Made by a program: the position numbers and the translations under genes
The notes under the pieces: generated by a model
The model's input: the letters and a program-made list of their open reading frames with translations, nothing else
What the model was told of the DNA's origin: nothing
The model's database searches: none
Origin: Polyangiaceae bacterium
GTDB lineage: Bacteria > Myxococcota_A > Polyangia > Polyangiales > Polyangiaceae
DNA length: 64,000 nt
Direction of reading: 5' to 3'
NCBI GenBank assembly: GCA_965222375.1
Contig: CBDCTZ010000016.1
Span: 928,001 to 992,000, forward strand
Shown: in pieces, positions 47,261 to 56,996 of the stretch
Numbering within the stretch: position 1 is the stretch's first letter
Layout of the letters: each line of letters starts with the position of its first letter

Positions 47261-48637
47261 ATGAGCGACGCCAAAGCCGAAGACAGGAGTGCCCTGGAAC
47301 GCACGCTAGGGCTCTTCACGGAAGTGCGCGCCGGTGAGGGGATTGTCGCGCTGCTGTTGACGGTGAATGTGTTCTTGCTGATGACGGCCTACCTCGTCAT
47401 CAAGCCTGTGCGCGAAGGGCTCATCTTGGCGATGGCGTCCGGCGCCGAATACAAGTCCTACATGAGCGCCGCCATCGCCGTCACGCTGCTGGTGGCGGTG
47501 CCGGCCTACGCGAAGTTCGCCGACAAGCTGCCAAAGAACCGCCTGGTGTTCTGGGTCACGGTCTTCTTCGCCTCCCACCTGGTGTTGTTCTTCTTCGCCA
47601 GCCACGTCGAGGCGATTCGCGTGCGCCTTGGGCTCATCTACTACCTCTGGCTCGGCATCTTCAACATGATGGTCGTGGCGCAGTTCTGGGCCTTTGCCAA
47701 CGACCTCTACGACGAAGAACAGGGCAAGCGGCTCTTCCCACTGCTGGGCATCGGGCAAACTGGCGGCGCCCTGGCCGGCAGCGCCGTCGCGGCCGTATTG
47801 CTCGAGGGCGTGAAGCTCGGGCTGTACCAGATGCTTCTCGCCGGCGGCGCGCTCTTGATGACGTCAGCGTTCTTGACCGTCGTCGTGTTTCGACGTCACC
47901 AACAGCAGAGCAAGGCCGACAAGACTCCGAAGAAAGACGCTGACGAGAAGAAGAGCGCCAAGGAGCCGCCCAAAGACAGAAGTGGCGCTTTCAAGATGGT
48001 GTTCCAGCACAAGTACCTGACGCTGCTCGCCGCCTTCGCGCTGATATTCACCTTCGTCAACACCAACGGCGAATACATCCTGGGTCGGCTGCTGCAAGAA
48101 GACGCTCAAGAAAAAGTGCTCACTGGCGTTCTCACCAAGGACGGCATTGGCGATTACATCGGGGCGGCTTTCAATCGCTTCTACCTCTACGTCGGCATCG
48201 CCACCGTGCTGCTGCAGGCCTTCGTGGTGTCGCGTCTGGTCAAGCATGCGGGCTTGCGACTGACGTTTTACGTGTTGCCCTTCATCGCCCTGGGGGATGC
48301 CGTCGCGGTGATGGCGCTCCCGGTCCTCGGCGTCATCTTCGCCGGCAAGGTCGCGGAAAACTCCGTGGACTACTCGGTGAACAACACGATGCGCAACATC
48401 CTGTGGCTGCCGACCACCCAGGAGATGAAGTACAAGGCAAAGCAGGCCATCGACACATTCTTCGTGCGCATGGGCGACGTTTCGTCCGCGCTTCTCGTGT
48501 TCCTCTTCGCTGGCCTCGCGGGCTTCGGCGTGCGCAGCTTCGCGTACTTCAACGCCTTCCTGATTTCCGTCTGGATGCTGGTCGCCGCAATGATCTTGCG
48601 CGAACGCCTCAAATTGCCCGGCGTGGACACCGCCTAG
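47261..48637 (+). CDS. TLC-family ATP/ADP translocase (NTP/NDP exchange transporter)
   Basis: YLVIKPVRE, QFWAFANDLY..EQGKRLFP, YKAKQAIDTFFVRMGD; ~12 TM helices. Confidence 0.88.
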   Translation: MSDAKAEDRSALERTLGLFTEVRAGEGIVALLLTVNVFLLMTAYLVIKPVREGLILAMASGAEYKSYMSAAIAVTLLVAVPAYAKFADKLPKNRLVFWVTVFFASHLVLFFFASHVEAIRVRLGLIYYLWLGIFNMMVVAQFWAFANDLYDEEQGKRLFPLLGIGQTGGALAGSAVAAVLLEGVKLGLYQMLLAGGALLMTSAFLTVVVFRRHQQQSKADKTPKKDADEKKSAKEPPKDRSGAFKMVFQHKYLTLLAAFALIFTFVNTNGEYILGRLLQEDAQEKVLTGVLTKDGIGDYIGAAFNRFYLYVGIATVLLQAFVVSRLVKHAGLRLTFYVLPFIALGDAVAVMALPVLGVIFAGKVAENSVDYSVNNTMRNILWLPTTQEMKYKAKQAIDTFFVRMGDVSSALLVFLFAGLAGFGVRSFAYFNAFLISVWMLVAAMILRERLKLPGVDTA

Positions 48638-49005
48638 CAACTCGTCGGCGGGATGACCGACAAGAGTGCTGACCAACCAAACCTGCGCTTCCGGTGACAC
48701 CGACTTCGCCGCTCAGGGCCACAGCTTGGCGGTCTTCTTCCTGGGCTTTCAGCTCAGAGGGTGCGCTACCCCGGCGGCAGGCAAATGCTGGTTTTTGGGG
48801 GATGGGTCGGAATCTGCCGTCATCGAGGGTTCTTCGAGGTTCGGCGCGGGCCGCTGCGCACTCACACGGAAGGTGCGGGTCGGTTGGCGCGGTCTACGGC
48901 TCGCGGTGGCTCGCAAGTGCGCAATCGGGACAGGCTTCGTACTTTGGAGCTACAAATTCGAACCGACCCAAACCCTCTTCCCGGGATGCGACATGTTCGG
49001 AGCGC

Positions 49006-49608
49006 TTAGAACGCGCGGCTGAACCGGAGTGCGATCAGCGGTGTCCAGCGACTGATGTTGTCCTGTTGTTCTTCCAGCAAGATCGGATCCACATCGTCGG
49101 CCAGCAGCGGTGAGTCATTTCGGATCCCCACATGCAAGATCCGGCGAAGGCCGATGCTCGCGGTCAGATGATAAGTGCGGCCGATGACCCATTTGTAGCC
49201 TGTCTCCGCAAACACGCTGTGGGAAAACGTACGCAGCTCGAAGAGGTCCTTGTACATGTAGCCGAGCCCGATGTAGGGGCGGTAGCCGTCAATGTTGAAC
49301 ATGTACCGGGCCGTCCCGGTGTAGTTCCGGGCGGGATTCGATTCCACACCGAAGCCCGCGTAGAACTCCAGCCCTTTGACGGGTTGGTTGATCAGACCCA
49401 GCAGGATGCCCAGGTTGCCTTCGGGGCCGGCGCCGACGGCCGTTTCCACCACGAAGTTTCGGGTGTCACTATCGACCACTTCGGCGAAGGTCTCGCCGGG
49501 CTTGTAGATTTCCTTGCCGCCAGGGCTGCTCACACCATGGTTCTTGGCTGCGGCGAGCCCTGAGCTGAGAACGAGCGCAGTCGCTGCCGCGTAGCTGCGA
49601 CGCCGCAT
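49006..49608 (-). CDS. Putative small outer-membrane beta-barrel protein
   Basis: Signal peptide, RPYIGLGY strand, C-terminal Phe. Confidence 0.6.
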   Translation of the reverse strand: MRRRSYAAATALVLSSGLAAAKNHGVSSPGGKEIYKPGETFAEVVDSDTRNFVVETAVGAGPEGNLGILLGLINQPVKGLEFYAGFGVESNPARNYTGTARYMFNIDGYRPYIGLGYMYKDLFELRTFSHSVFAETGYKWVIGRTYHLTASIGLRRILHVGIRNDSPLLADDVDPILLEEQQDNISRWTPLIALRFSRAF

Positions 49609-50297
49609 CAGTCAATCCTCCGGCTGAAGACGAAGCGAATGAAGCCCTTCCAAGGTTCTTCGTGGCGCGCGCGGTACAGATCGTCCTGGGCGTTCTGGTT
49701 GTCGATGCCGTTTGGATCGATCAGAAAGTGATCGATCAGCTGGCCCGCCATGGCGCGCCGGGCTCCCAGAAACACATCAATGTTCCAAGAACCCTTGCGA
49801 TAGATTGTCGCGCCCAACTCCAGCGGTGTCGCGAAGGCCAGCCAGTAGTGGTCTTCCAGCCGCGCTTCGATGTGGGTGCCGACGCCGTAGGAGAACTCGG
49901 TCAGGCCTGGCACCTTGAAGTACCCGCGCAACCCGCCGCCGGCAAGGAAACGAGAGTCCTGATAGTTCTGTGTTGCCGGCTTGGTCATGAGCAAGATGTG
50001 AGGGCCAAAGCTCTTGAGTCGCCACATCGCGGCCACGCCCCACAGCAAGTTGTTGTTGGTGGTCTGTTGCTCGGGCTCGGTGGATGCGAAGGCTTCCGCC
50101 GCGACACCCACTACGAAGTAGTTGTCCGGCTCATGCGCGAGGCGCGCTGGCAACATTGGGCGCTCTGGGGTCGATTCGGCGGCGTCCGCCTGCGGCTGGC
50201 GCTTTGGAGCGAAACCATCGTCCGGCGCTGCTTGCGCGGAGTTGACGGTCGTCCCCAGAAGCGCAACGGCTGCCGCGCTTTGCGCGAGTCGACTCAT
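49608..50297 (-). CDS. Putative outer-membrane protein
   Basis: Signal peptide (AQA), alternating aromatic strands; TGATG overlap with the next gene. Confidence 0.6.
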   Translation of the reverse strand: MSRLAQSAAAVALLGTTVNSAQAAPDDGFAPKRQPQADAAESTPERPMLPARLAHEPDNYFVVGVAAEAFASTEPEQQTTNNNLLWGVAAMWRLKSFGPHILLMTKPATQNYQDSRFLAGGGLRGYFKVPGLTEFSYGVGTHIEARLEDHYWLAFATPLELGATIYRKGSWNIDVFLGARRAMAGQLIDHFLIDPNGIDNQNAQDDLYRARHEEPWKGFIRFVFSRRID

Positions 50298-50656
50298 CGG
50301 CGCTTTGCAACCTGAGTCTTCGAGGGCCCAGGCTCACACACTGCGGTTACTCGCGCGATGGGGAACGCGATGAGGAGCCAGTGGTCCAGGAAGTAGTCCA
50401 ACTGCGCGTGATGGAGTCGCTTGCAGTTGTTGCGCTTGCGCGCCCGCTCGATCATCACGGCGTAGTGGTCCGGTTCGGAGAGCTGAACCAAGCCTAACAG
50501 ACTCAGGCCGCTGTCCTCTTCTTGAATGAAGGTGGACGCGTTGCCCGGCGGCACGTTTTGGGAAGTCCACAGCGCCTGTTTGCTCAATGGGATCGTGCAG
50601 CCTGCTTGCAGCAGTGACGCACCCAAGAGTGCGAGGAGGGTCGTCAGTTTCTTCAT
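50294..50656 (-). CDS. Small lipoprotein (TRL/Bor-like)
   Basis: QAGC lipobox; ATGA overlaps on both sides. Confidence 0.65.
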   Translation of the reverse strand: MKKLTTLLALLGASLLQAGCTIPLSKQALWTSQNVPPGNASTFIQEEDSGLSLLGLVQLSEPDHYAVMIERARKRNNCKRLHHAQLDYFLDHWLLIAFPIARVTAVCEPGPSKTQVAKRR

Positions 50657-51468
50657 GTTTCCTCGAACACCGGTTGGTTTGGGGGGCGAGATTCGCCGCG
50701 CAGCATCCAGCGATGGATGCTGTTGGAGATGGTGGTGCGAACTTCTGCTGGGCAGAACGTCGCCAAGTCAGTGGGGTCGGACAGCGGCTTGGCGGTGGCG
50801 CCGCGCTGCAGGCAGCCGATCAAGGCGAGGGCGATCTTCGGGTTGGCGCCATGTTCGGCCCAGAGCTCCCGCGCGAAGGACAGCCCCAAGGTGTGAAGGT
50901 CTGCTTTGTTGCGGATGAACAACAGCCAGAGGCGCTCACCGGCGCGTCTGGGGTCGGCCAGGTCTCGAACTTCGCGGCCGTCCTCGCTTCCCACTTCGTG
51001 AGTCTTCGCAAAGGTCGCGGCAAAGTAGTCCGCCGCTCCCTCTTCCAGAGCTCGAAGGGACCGCGTCACCAGTTCGCTTTTCCCCTTGGGATGGCCGACC
51101 AGGGTGTGAAAGTACTCATGCAGCCAGATGGTTTCGTCGGCGGGAGCCTGATTCACGAGCAGATCACCGTCCGCATACACTTCGATGTCGCGAATGGGCG
51201 GGCCATCGGCGACGTCCACGTTCAAGTGCACGCGCAAGGCGCGGCGCTCTTGTGCGGGTACGTCGGACAGCGAACGGGACAATACGCCCGCCATGCTCCG
51301 CACCTCTCGGTCCTCACAGCCCGCACTCGTTCCTGCTTGCAGCTGGTCACCTCGTACAGTGCTGTCGCGAAACACCGAGACTCGGTACTCTGCGAGAGTC
51401 TGGCGACAGCTCTCGGCGTCAGCTTCGCAACCCAGCATGAGGAGCGCGCAGGCCGCAGTTACTCTCAT
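50653..51468 (-). CDS. Lipoprotein with gluzincin-type metallopeptidase motif
   Basis: MLGC lipobox; WLHEYFH...LEEGAADYFA. Confidence 0.7.
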   Translation of the reverse strand: MRVTAACALLMLGCEADAESCRQTLAEYRVSVFRDSTVRGDQLQAGTSAGCEDREVRSMAGVLSRSLSDVPAQERRALRVHLNVDVADGPPIRDIEVYADGDLLVNQAPADETIWLHEYFHTLVGHPKGKSELVTRSLRALEEGAADYFAATFAKTHEVGSEDGREVRDLADPRRAGERLWLLFIRNKADLHTLGLSFARELWAEHGANPKIALALIGCLQRGATAKPLSDPTDLATFCPAEVRTTISNSIHRWMLRGESRPPNQPVFEET

Positions 51469-52397
51469 GGACACAGTGACAAGTGCTCCGTGATGAAAGG
51501 CGCGAGCGCTTGCTCTACGGCGGTTTCGAGATCATCTCGCTCGAAGACCTGGTCTGCGATCAGTTTGCGAACCACGACCAAGTAGTCCTTGCTCGCGGTC
51601 CGTGCGAGCTTCGCGGATTCCGACAGGCAGTTTTCGACCACGGACGCACTCGTGGGCTCATGGCAGTCCCGCCCGGAGCGGTAGATGGAGTCCTGGGTCG
51701 TGGTGTGACCCACGGTGTCGTCGTCGTCGTCGCTGTGGAACTCGATGTCCGGTGTGTTGAAACCTGGCGCCCGCGGAACGAAGGCTTTGACTTTCACCAC
51801 GCAGTGCGGGCGAGTCGGATGCAGAGGGTCTCGCCGGGCGTGGGCCTCGCTGTAGGCGTCTTGAATGAGGTGATGGGCCTTGCCCATCAGCGTCAGAGAC
51901 CAGGTCCGCTTCCGGATCCAGTTGCGCGTGGCCTCGACGGTGAGCCGACGGACTTCTTGTTGGGCCTCGGCGGCGGCTTCGGCACTCGAGTTCCGATCCG
52001 TGAGCAGAAAGTGAAGTTTTTGGTTCTTGTTCTGATCCGTGTGCTCCGTCAGCGCGCTGGCGTAGGCCAGAATGCCGTTGTTCATGTGAAACAGCATCTC
52101 CTTGGGCCAGTCGACGCGTCGGTTGCCTTCGGCGATAGCGCTGATCTCGGGTTTGGTGAAGCGGTCGTTGCTGGGGAGGTCTTCGTTGCTGAAGTAAGTC
52201 AGCCACTCGTGGCCCTGGAAGAAGCCAGCTCGGGTCAACATGCAGTCGCCTTTGGAGAAAAAATCGAAGCGCGCCTTCTTCGGCGTGCACAGGTCGAGAG
52301 GGTCCGCGCAGGTCAGGCACGTCGCCATCAGGCCGAGCGCACCCGCGGCGTGCAGCAGGCCCCGCCAGAGGCGGCTAGTACCGGGCCGTCGCGACAT
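51465..52397 (-). CDS. Lipoprotein with Zn-dependent phospholipase C/P1-nuclease-like motifs
   Basis: GHEWLT, GNRRVD, LHF, GKAHHLIQDAYS..H. Confidence 0.6.
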   Translation of the reverse strand: MSRRPGTSRLWRGLLHAAGALGLMATCLTCADPLDLCTPKKARFDFFSKGDCMLTRAGFFQGHEWLTYFSNEDLPSNDRFTKPEISAIAEGNRRVDWPKEMLFHMNNGILAYASALTEHTDQNKNQKLHFLLTDRNSSAEAAAEAQQEVRRLTVEATRNWIRKRTWSLTLMGKAHHLIQDAYSEAHARRDPLHPTRPHCVVKVKAFVPRAPGFNTPDIEFHSDDDDDTVGHTTTQDSIYRSGRDCHEPTSASVVENCLSESAKLARTASKDYLVVVRKLIADQVFERDDLETAVEQALAPFITEHLSLCP

Positions 52398-52718
52398 GCC
52401 ACCCCGGTATCAGAGGCCGCAAGATCCGGCCAAAAGACTGACTCTTAGTGATCCGGGACGATCCTGGGCCCGGTTCGGGAATAGCTGCGGCGCCCCGTGG
52501 GTTTTCCCCACAAGCCACACAGGAGGTGATTGCCCACACAATCGAGTTTGCTCAGAGCCCGCCGCATGGCGTTTGGGCGCTGTGGTTCCTCCCGAGCCGC
52601 CCAAAAACCAGGTGCGCTGTCGTCCCCGCAACACGACCTGCGCGCTTCCATGGCGCTGCCGTCACGCGGCGGGCAATGGGCTTTTCTATGCCTTCATAGC
52701 AAGTGGCGAGTCCCGCCT

Positions 52719-53744
52719 TCAGCCGCCGATGTAGCTCATCTCCACTCGGGGAAGAGAGCGCACGTTACGCTGACTACGCTCCTGCGAGTAGCGGTCGCTT
52801 CTAGCCTGCCAATGCGTGCGCACGGCTGCCCCTAGGTCTTCGTCGGAACCACCCGCGCGCAAGAGGGCGCGCAAATCCAAGCCGACGTGGGAGTACAAGC
52901 AGGTGTAGAGCTTGCCGTCGGCGGAGAGGCGAAGGCGAGTGCAGTCGCCACAAAACGGCTGCGTCACGCTGGAAACGATGCCCACCTCGCCTTGGCCGTC
53001 GAGGTAGCGATAGCGCGAAGCAACCTCGCCTTTGTAGTCCGGCTCCATGGGCTCCAAGGGGAATTCCTTGGACAGGATTTCTCGGATCTCCCGGCTGCTC
53101 ACTACGTGGTCCATCTTCCAGCCGTTGGTCATGCCGACGTCCATGAACTCGATGAACCGCACCACGTGACCGGTGCCGCGAAAATGTCGTGCCAGGTCCA
53201 AGATTGCGTGCTCGTTCGACCCGCGCTTGATCACACAGTTGAGCTTCAGGGGCGTCAGCCCGGCCTCTGCGGCAGCGTCGATGCCGCGCAATACCTCGCG
53301 CACGCCGTATTCCGAATCCGTGATTTTCCGGAAGCTTGGCTCGTCCAACGCGTCCAAGCTGACGGTGACTCGGGTCAGCCCAGCTTCAGCGAGCGCCCCG
53401 GCAAACTGGGGCAGGCGCGACGCGTTGGTCGTCAGCGCGATGTCGCCACTGGTCGCGCCCCGAAGCATCCCGATCAACACAGGCAAGCCTCCGCGCAGCA
53501 ACGGCTCTCCGCCCGTGACTCGGATCTTCTCCAGGCCCAGCGGGGCCAACACCGATACCACCCGCGCAATTTCCTCGAAGCTGAGAAGCTCCGTGCGGGG
53601 AATGAACTTGAACTCCTTTGCGAAGTGCTCACGCGGCATGCAGTAGCGACAACGGAAGTTGCAGCGGTCTGTGACCGAGAGCCTCAGGTCGCGGAAAGGC
53701 CGGCCGAGGGTGTCCTCGGGTTGCGGGCTGGGCGCGTCGACCAT
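52719..53744 (-). CDS. moaA: GTP 3',8-cyclase MoaA (molybdenum cofactor biosynthesis)
   Basis: LRLSVTDRCNFRCRYCMP radical-SAM motif, FCGDCTRLRLSADG.LYTCL, C-terminal MSYIGG. Confidence 0.96.
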   Translation of the reverse strand: MVDAPSPQPEDTLGRPFRDLRLSVTDRCNFRCRYCMPREHFAKEFKFIPRTELLSFEEIARVVSVLAPLGLEKIRVTGGEPLLRGGLPVLIGMLRGATSGDIALTTNASRLPQFAGALAEAGLTRVTVSLDALDEPSFRKITDSEYGVREVLRGIDAAAEAGLTPLKLNCVIKRGSNEHAILDLARHFRGTGHVVRFIEFMDVGMTNGWKMDHVVSSREIREILSKEFPLEPMEPDYKGEVASRYRYLDGQGEVGIVSSVTQPFCGDCTRLRLSADGKLYTCLYSHVGLDLRALLRAGGSDEDLGAAVRTHWQARSDRYSQERSQRNVRSLPRVEMSYIGG

Positions 53745-53778
53745 CGCCTGGGGATATAGCAGCGGTTGGGGGAAAACG

Positions 53779-55137
53779 TCAGTCCAGCCCCACGCGAGCG
53801 GTGCCACGCACGCGCAATACTGCGGAAATTCCCCGGGCTTCGGCCACGACCTCGCCTATCTCCGCGGGCTCGATGCTGAGATCCAGCTTGACGTTCTTCG
53901 GCAGATCGCCCACGGCGGACTCGACGGCTCGGGTGAGCCCACGGGATGCCGCCGAGGTATCGACCGCCACAGGCACTTCCGCCAGGCGCTCGATTCGCTC
54001 CAGCACCGGGCGCAGCTCCCTGAGCGAGGCGCCAAGGCCGTGCAGGGAGCGCAAGCGAATGCGCCCGCGCTCATCGTCGAAGAAGGGCTCAGCCACCAAG
54101 CTGGCTTCCCCGCACACGCTGCCGTCAACGGTCACGTCTAGCCGGACCCGGGGCGCACCTTCAAAGAAGTGGCCGCTTGCCGCCACCTTCAACACCGAAA
54201 CTTTCCCCGCCGAACCCCGGACCGAGCGGGTCAGTTCGGCCGACACGTCCTCCCATCCGAGCCGCAGCGGGACTCGAAGCTCGCTTCCCGATGGCAGCTT
54301 CTTGTCGAGGCGCCGTGTGGGTAGTGGCGAGGGCGCGACTACGCTCTCGCCATCCGAACAAGGCTCCTCGAAGGAGGCACGAGCCATCGCGGCCAAGCGC
54401 ATGGAGACGACGCCGCCTTCCTGCCGCGGCGGTGATTGAGACAGGGCCTCGGGTTCTATCTTGAGACACGTATTGCGGCTCAAGGCCACGGGCACATGCA
54501 GCAGCTGCCACGCGCCGTTGACGTAGGGTTGGAAGGGCGGCACGGCGGCATTGATTTGGCGTTCGATGCCGCCGATTTGGCGCCGGGCGATTTTGCGGAT
54601 CTCGGGACCGGCATTGAAGCCAGCGATGATGCAGCTCCGCGTCAGGGCGACGGAGGCGCGGGCGCGTCCCAGGTTGTAGTTGTCGCCGAGCACCAGCGGG
54701 ACCGTCGCGTGGGCCGCCAGCCGCGGGTTGCAGCTGCCGTAGCGAATGCAAACCGGGCCCAGGGGTTTGCAAACTTCGACTTGGGCCGCGACGGGCACCG
54801 TGGCCACGAGCTTCTCGCCTTTCAATTCGATGGCGATGGGCCCCCGGGTCACCACGTAGCTGACGTCTCCGATGGCCCCGGAAGGCCGTCGTCGAACCTT
54901 GGCCAGCGTGCGCGGAACGCGTTTCTGGATCTCCCGGGACAGCGCGCTCGTGCGGGCGCGTGCCTCCACGACTAGCCGCGAGGACGGGGCTAGCGTGTCC
55001 GGCGGCGCGCTGCCCAGCGGCGCCTTTTCGGTCCGGACTTCACAATGCCCACCAGTTTCGCCCGGAGCCGCGCCCTTGGTTGGTGTACACGCGGCCACCG
55101 CTGCGACCGCCACTGCCAGGGCGAAGTGACGTTTCAT
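53779..55137 (-). CDS. DUF4403-like lipoprotein
   Basis: VAAC lipobox; beta-rich TULIP-like pattern with AWQLL..P. Confidence 0.6.
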   Translation of the reverse strand: MKRHFALAVAVAAVAACTPTKGAAPGETGGHCEVRTEKAPLGSAPPDTLAPSSRLVVEARARTSALSREIQKRVPRTLAKVRRRPSGAIGDVSYVVTRGPIAIELKGEKLVATVPVAAQVEVCKPLGPVCIRYGSCNPRLAAHATVPLVLGDNYNLGRARASVALTRSCIIAGFNAGPEIRKIARRQIGGIERQINAAVPPFQPYVNGAWQLLHVPVALSRNTCLKIEPEALSQSPPRQEGGVVSMRLAAMARASFEEPCSDGESVVAPSPLPTRRLDKKLPSGSELRVPLRLGWEDVSAELTRSVRGSAGKVSVLKVAASGHFFEGAPRVRLDVTVDGSVCGEASLVAEPFFDDERGRIRLRSLHGLGASLRELRPVLERIERLAEVPVAVDTSAASRGLTRAVESAVGDLPKNVKLDLSIEPAEIGEVVAEARGISAVLRVRGTARVGLD

Positions 55138-55190
55138 CCTCGCTAAGCATGACAAACACGCGCCGGAATGAAAGCGCTTTGACCCGGATG

Positions 55191-55233
55191 GAAAAAAGAA
55201 GGCCGCGAGGGCGGGTGCTCTCGCGGCCTTCTT
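55191..55233 (-). terminator. Rho-independent terminator
   Basis: AAGAAGGCCGCGAG...CTCGCGGCCTTCTT stem, followed on the - strand by a U-tract, just after the stop at 55251. Confidence 0.8.
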
Positions 55234-55250
55234 CTAGGTGCCGATGCGTA

Positions 55251-56774
55251 TCAGGGCGTCGGCGTGGCGCGGAAGTGCATGCCGCAGCGATAGAAGCTGC
55301 TGCTGGTATCCGTCGCCTGGCTGGCCGCGGTCAGCTTGACGATGAGCTTGGTCTTGCCCGTCGGGACCTTGATGTCCTGGATCAGCAAGTCCGTGTCCAC
55401 CGTCTCCGTCCCCGTGGCGGCCGGAATTGCGGCACCGGTGTCGTCGAGCAACTCGGCTTTGAAGCCCCGCAGACCCGAGCCCGAGCGCTGCGCACCGCAA
55501 GCGACCGAGATCTGATCGGCGTTGGTCGCTGGAACCGCCAGCGAGAAGTGGTCGACGTCCGACGCTCCGAGGTCACCTTCGACGAAGAAGCTGCCCGCCT
55601 GGGTTGCGGCCTCGGTCAAGGCCTCCGCCGTGGCGAGGGTGTTGTTGGGCGTCTCCTGCGTCTCGACCGGGTTGCCGTCGCCCACTCCGGAGAAGCCAAA
55701 GTAGAAGTCGGCGGTGCCGGTCGGTGTGGCGGCCCGCTTATAGAAGATCACGTATTCCGTACCGATGGTGATCGGCACGCTGAAGTCGCCACCCTTACCG
55801 ACATCCGTCCGTGCGATGATATCGGCGGGAGCTGCCTTGGTGGCGAGCAGGACCTCTCCGGCGCTGGTTGTGGAACCATTGCCATCAACGCCGGCTGGCT
55901 GGGGGTAGAAGTTGGCGTTTGCCCGAGCGCCAGCGTTGATCAAAAGGTCAGCCGGTACGGTGAAGCTGAAGGTGTCCACGTCCGAGGCCGAGCTGAAGTC
56001 GCCATGCACCGTGGACAGGAAGTAGTTGCCTGCCGCCGCATTGGTGTTCGGTGCAAAAGTGATCGGGTTTGCCGCGGTGGCGTCCTCGTTGGGCTCGGTT
56101 TCCTTGACGGAGCCGGTGCTCGAGAAGTCTATCTCGCTGATGTAGATGGCGTAGTTCTTGTTCACGACGCCGGCCGCATCCGCACAGTTCGCCGCGCCGC
56201 CCTTTTCCCAGGCATTGCACTCGATCACGCGGACGAAGTACTTGCCCGCGGTGGGCAGCACGGTCATCAGGAACGGGTCGTTGCTGTTTCTGGGTACCGG
56301 GTCGTCCATCTCGGCGATCTTCGTGCCGTTCGCGTCGTAGAGTTCGATCACGAGGTCGGCGTAGGTCGGGTCGAAGGGGTCGGTGCCGGTCTTGGCGCTG
56401 GTCAGAATCGAGATGACCTGCCCGGCTGTGCCCGTAAACTCGTACCAATCTTGATCCGTGGCGACGGGGTCCATGGCGCCTTGGACCGAGTCCGTGGCCG
56501 GGTCCGTGCCGATCTTGATCGGATCCGCTTCCGCGCGGGTGTCGTTGCCGTCGGAGCCGCCGGTGCCGCCAGAGCCACCGGTGCCGCCCGTTAGACCGCT
56601 GCCGCCGGTACCACCGGTCAGGCCCGTTCCGCCAGTTGCGCCAAAGCCGCCCACGCCGCCGACACCGCCGCCGCCCGTGCCGCCACCGCCGCCGCCGTCA
56701 TCACTCGAGCAGGCGGGCAGCAACATTCCAGCAGCACCTAGGGCTGCGCATACCGACAAGTTCAACCACTTCAT
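55251..56774 (-). CDS. Gly-rich lipoprotein with PPC-like (pre-peptidase C-terminal) repeats
   Basis: LPAC lipobox; repeated ExEPN...D.D.(W/F) modules. Confidence 0.8.
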   Translation of the reverse strand: MKWLNLSVCAALGAAGMLLPACSSDDGGGGGGTGGGGVGGVGGFGATGGTGLTGGTGGSGLTGGTGGSGGTGGSDGNDTRAEADPIKIGTDPATDSVQGAMDPVATDQDWYEFTGTAGQVISILTSAKTGTDPFDPTYADLVIELYDANGTKIAEMDDPVPRNSNDPFLMTVLPTAGKYFVRVIECNAWEKGGAANCADAAGVVNKNYAIYISEIDFSSTGSVKETEPNEDATAANPITFAPNTNAAAGNYFLSTVHGDFSSASDVDTFSFTVPADLLINAGARANANFYPQPAGVDGNGSTTSAGEVLLATKAAPADIIARTDVGKGGDFSVPITIGTEYVIFYKRAATPTGTADFYFGFSGVGDGNPVETQETPNNTLATAEALTEAATQAGSFFVEGDLGASDVDHFSLAVPATNADQISVACGAQRSGSGLRGFKAELLDDTGAAIPAATGTETVDTDLLIQDIKVPTGKTKLIVKLTAASQATDTSSSFYRCGMHFRATPTP

Positions 56775-56996
56775 CGTTTGATTCTCCTAAACGTTAAGGC
56801 TGGGAGCGCGAGGCGTTCCCATATGGCTCCCCCTGAAACCCGGCGGAGCAAAAACCGGTGTGGGGCTGCTGTCTAGCGGGAAAATCGCCGGACGCAAGCA
56901 GCTTGGCCCATTCACCCGGGATCTCACGGCTTCGATGGCCGTCCTTTCCGCCGCCAGCAGAACCTCTCGGTTCCGTGATAAAGCCTGGAGCGCAGC

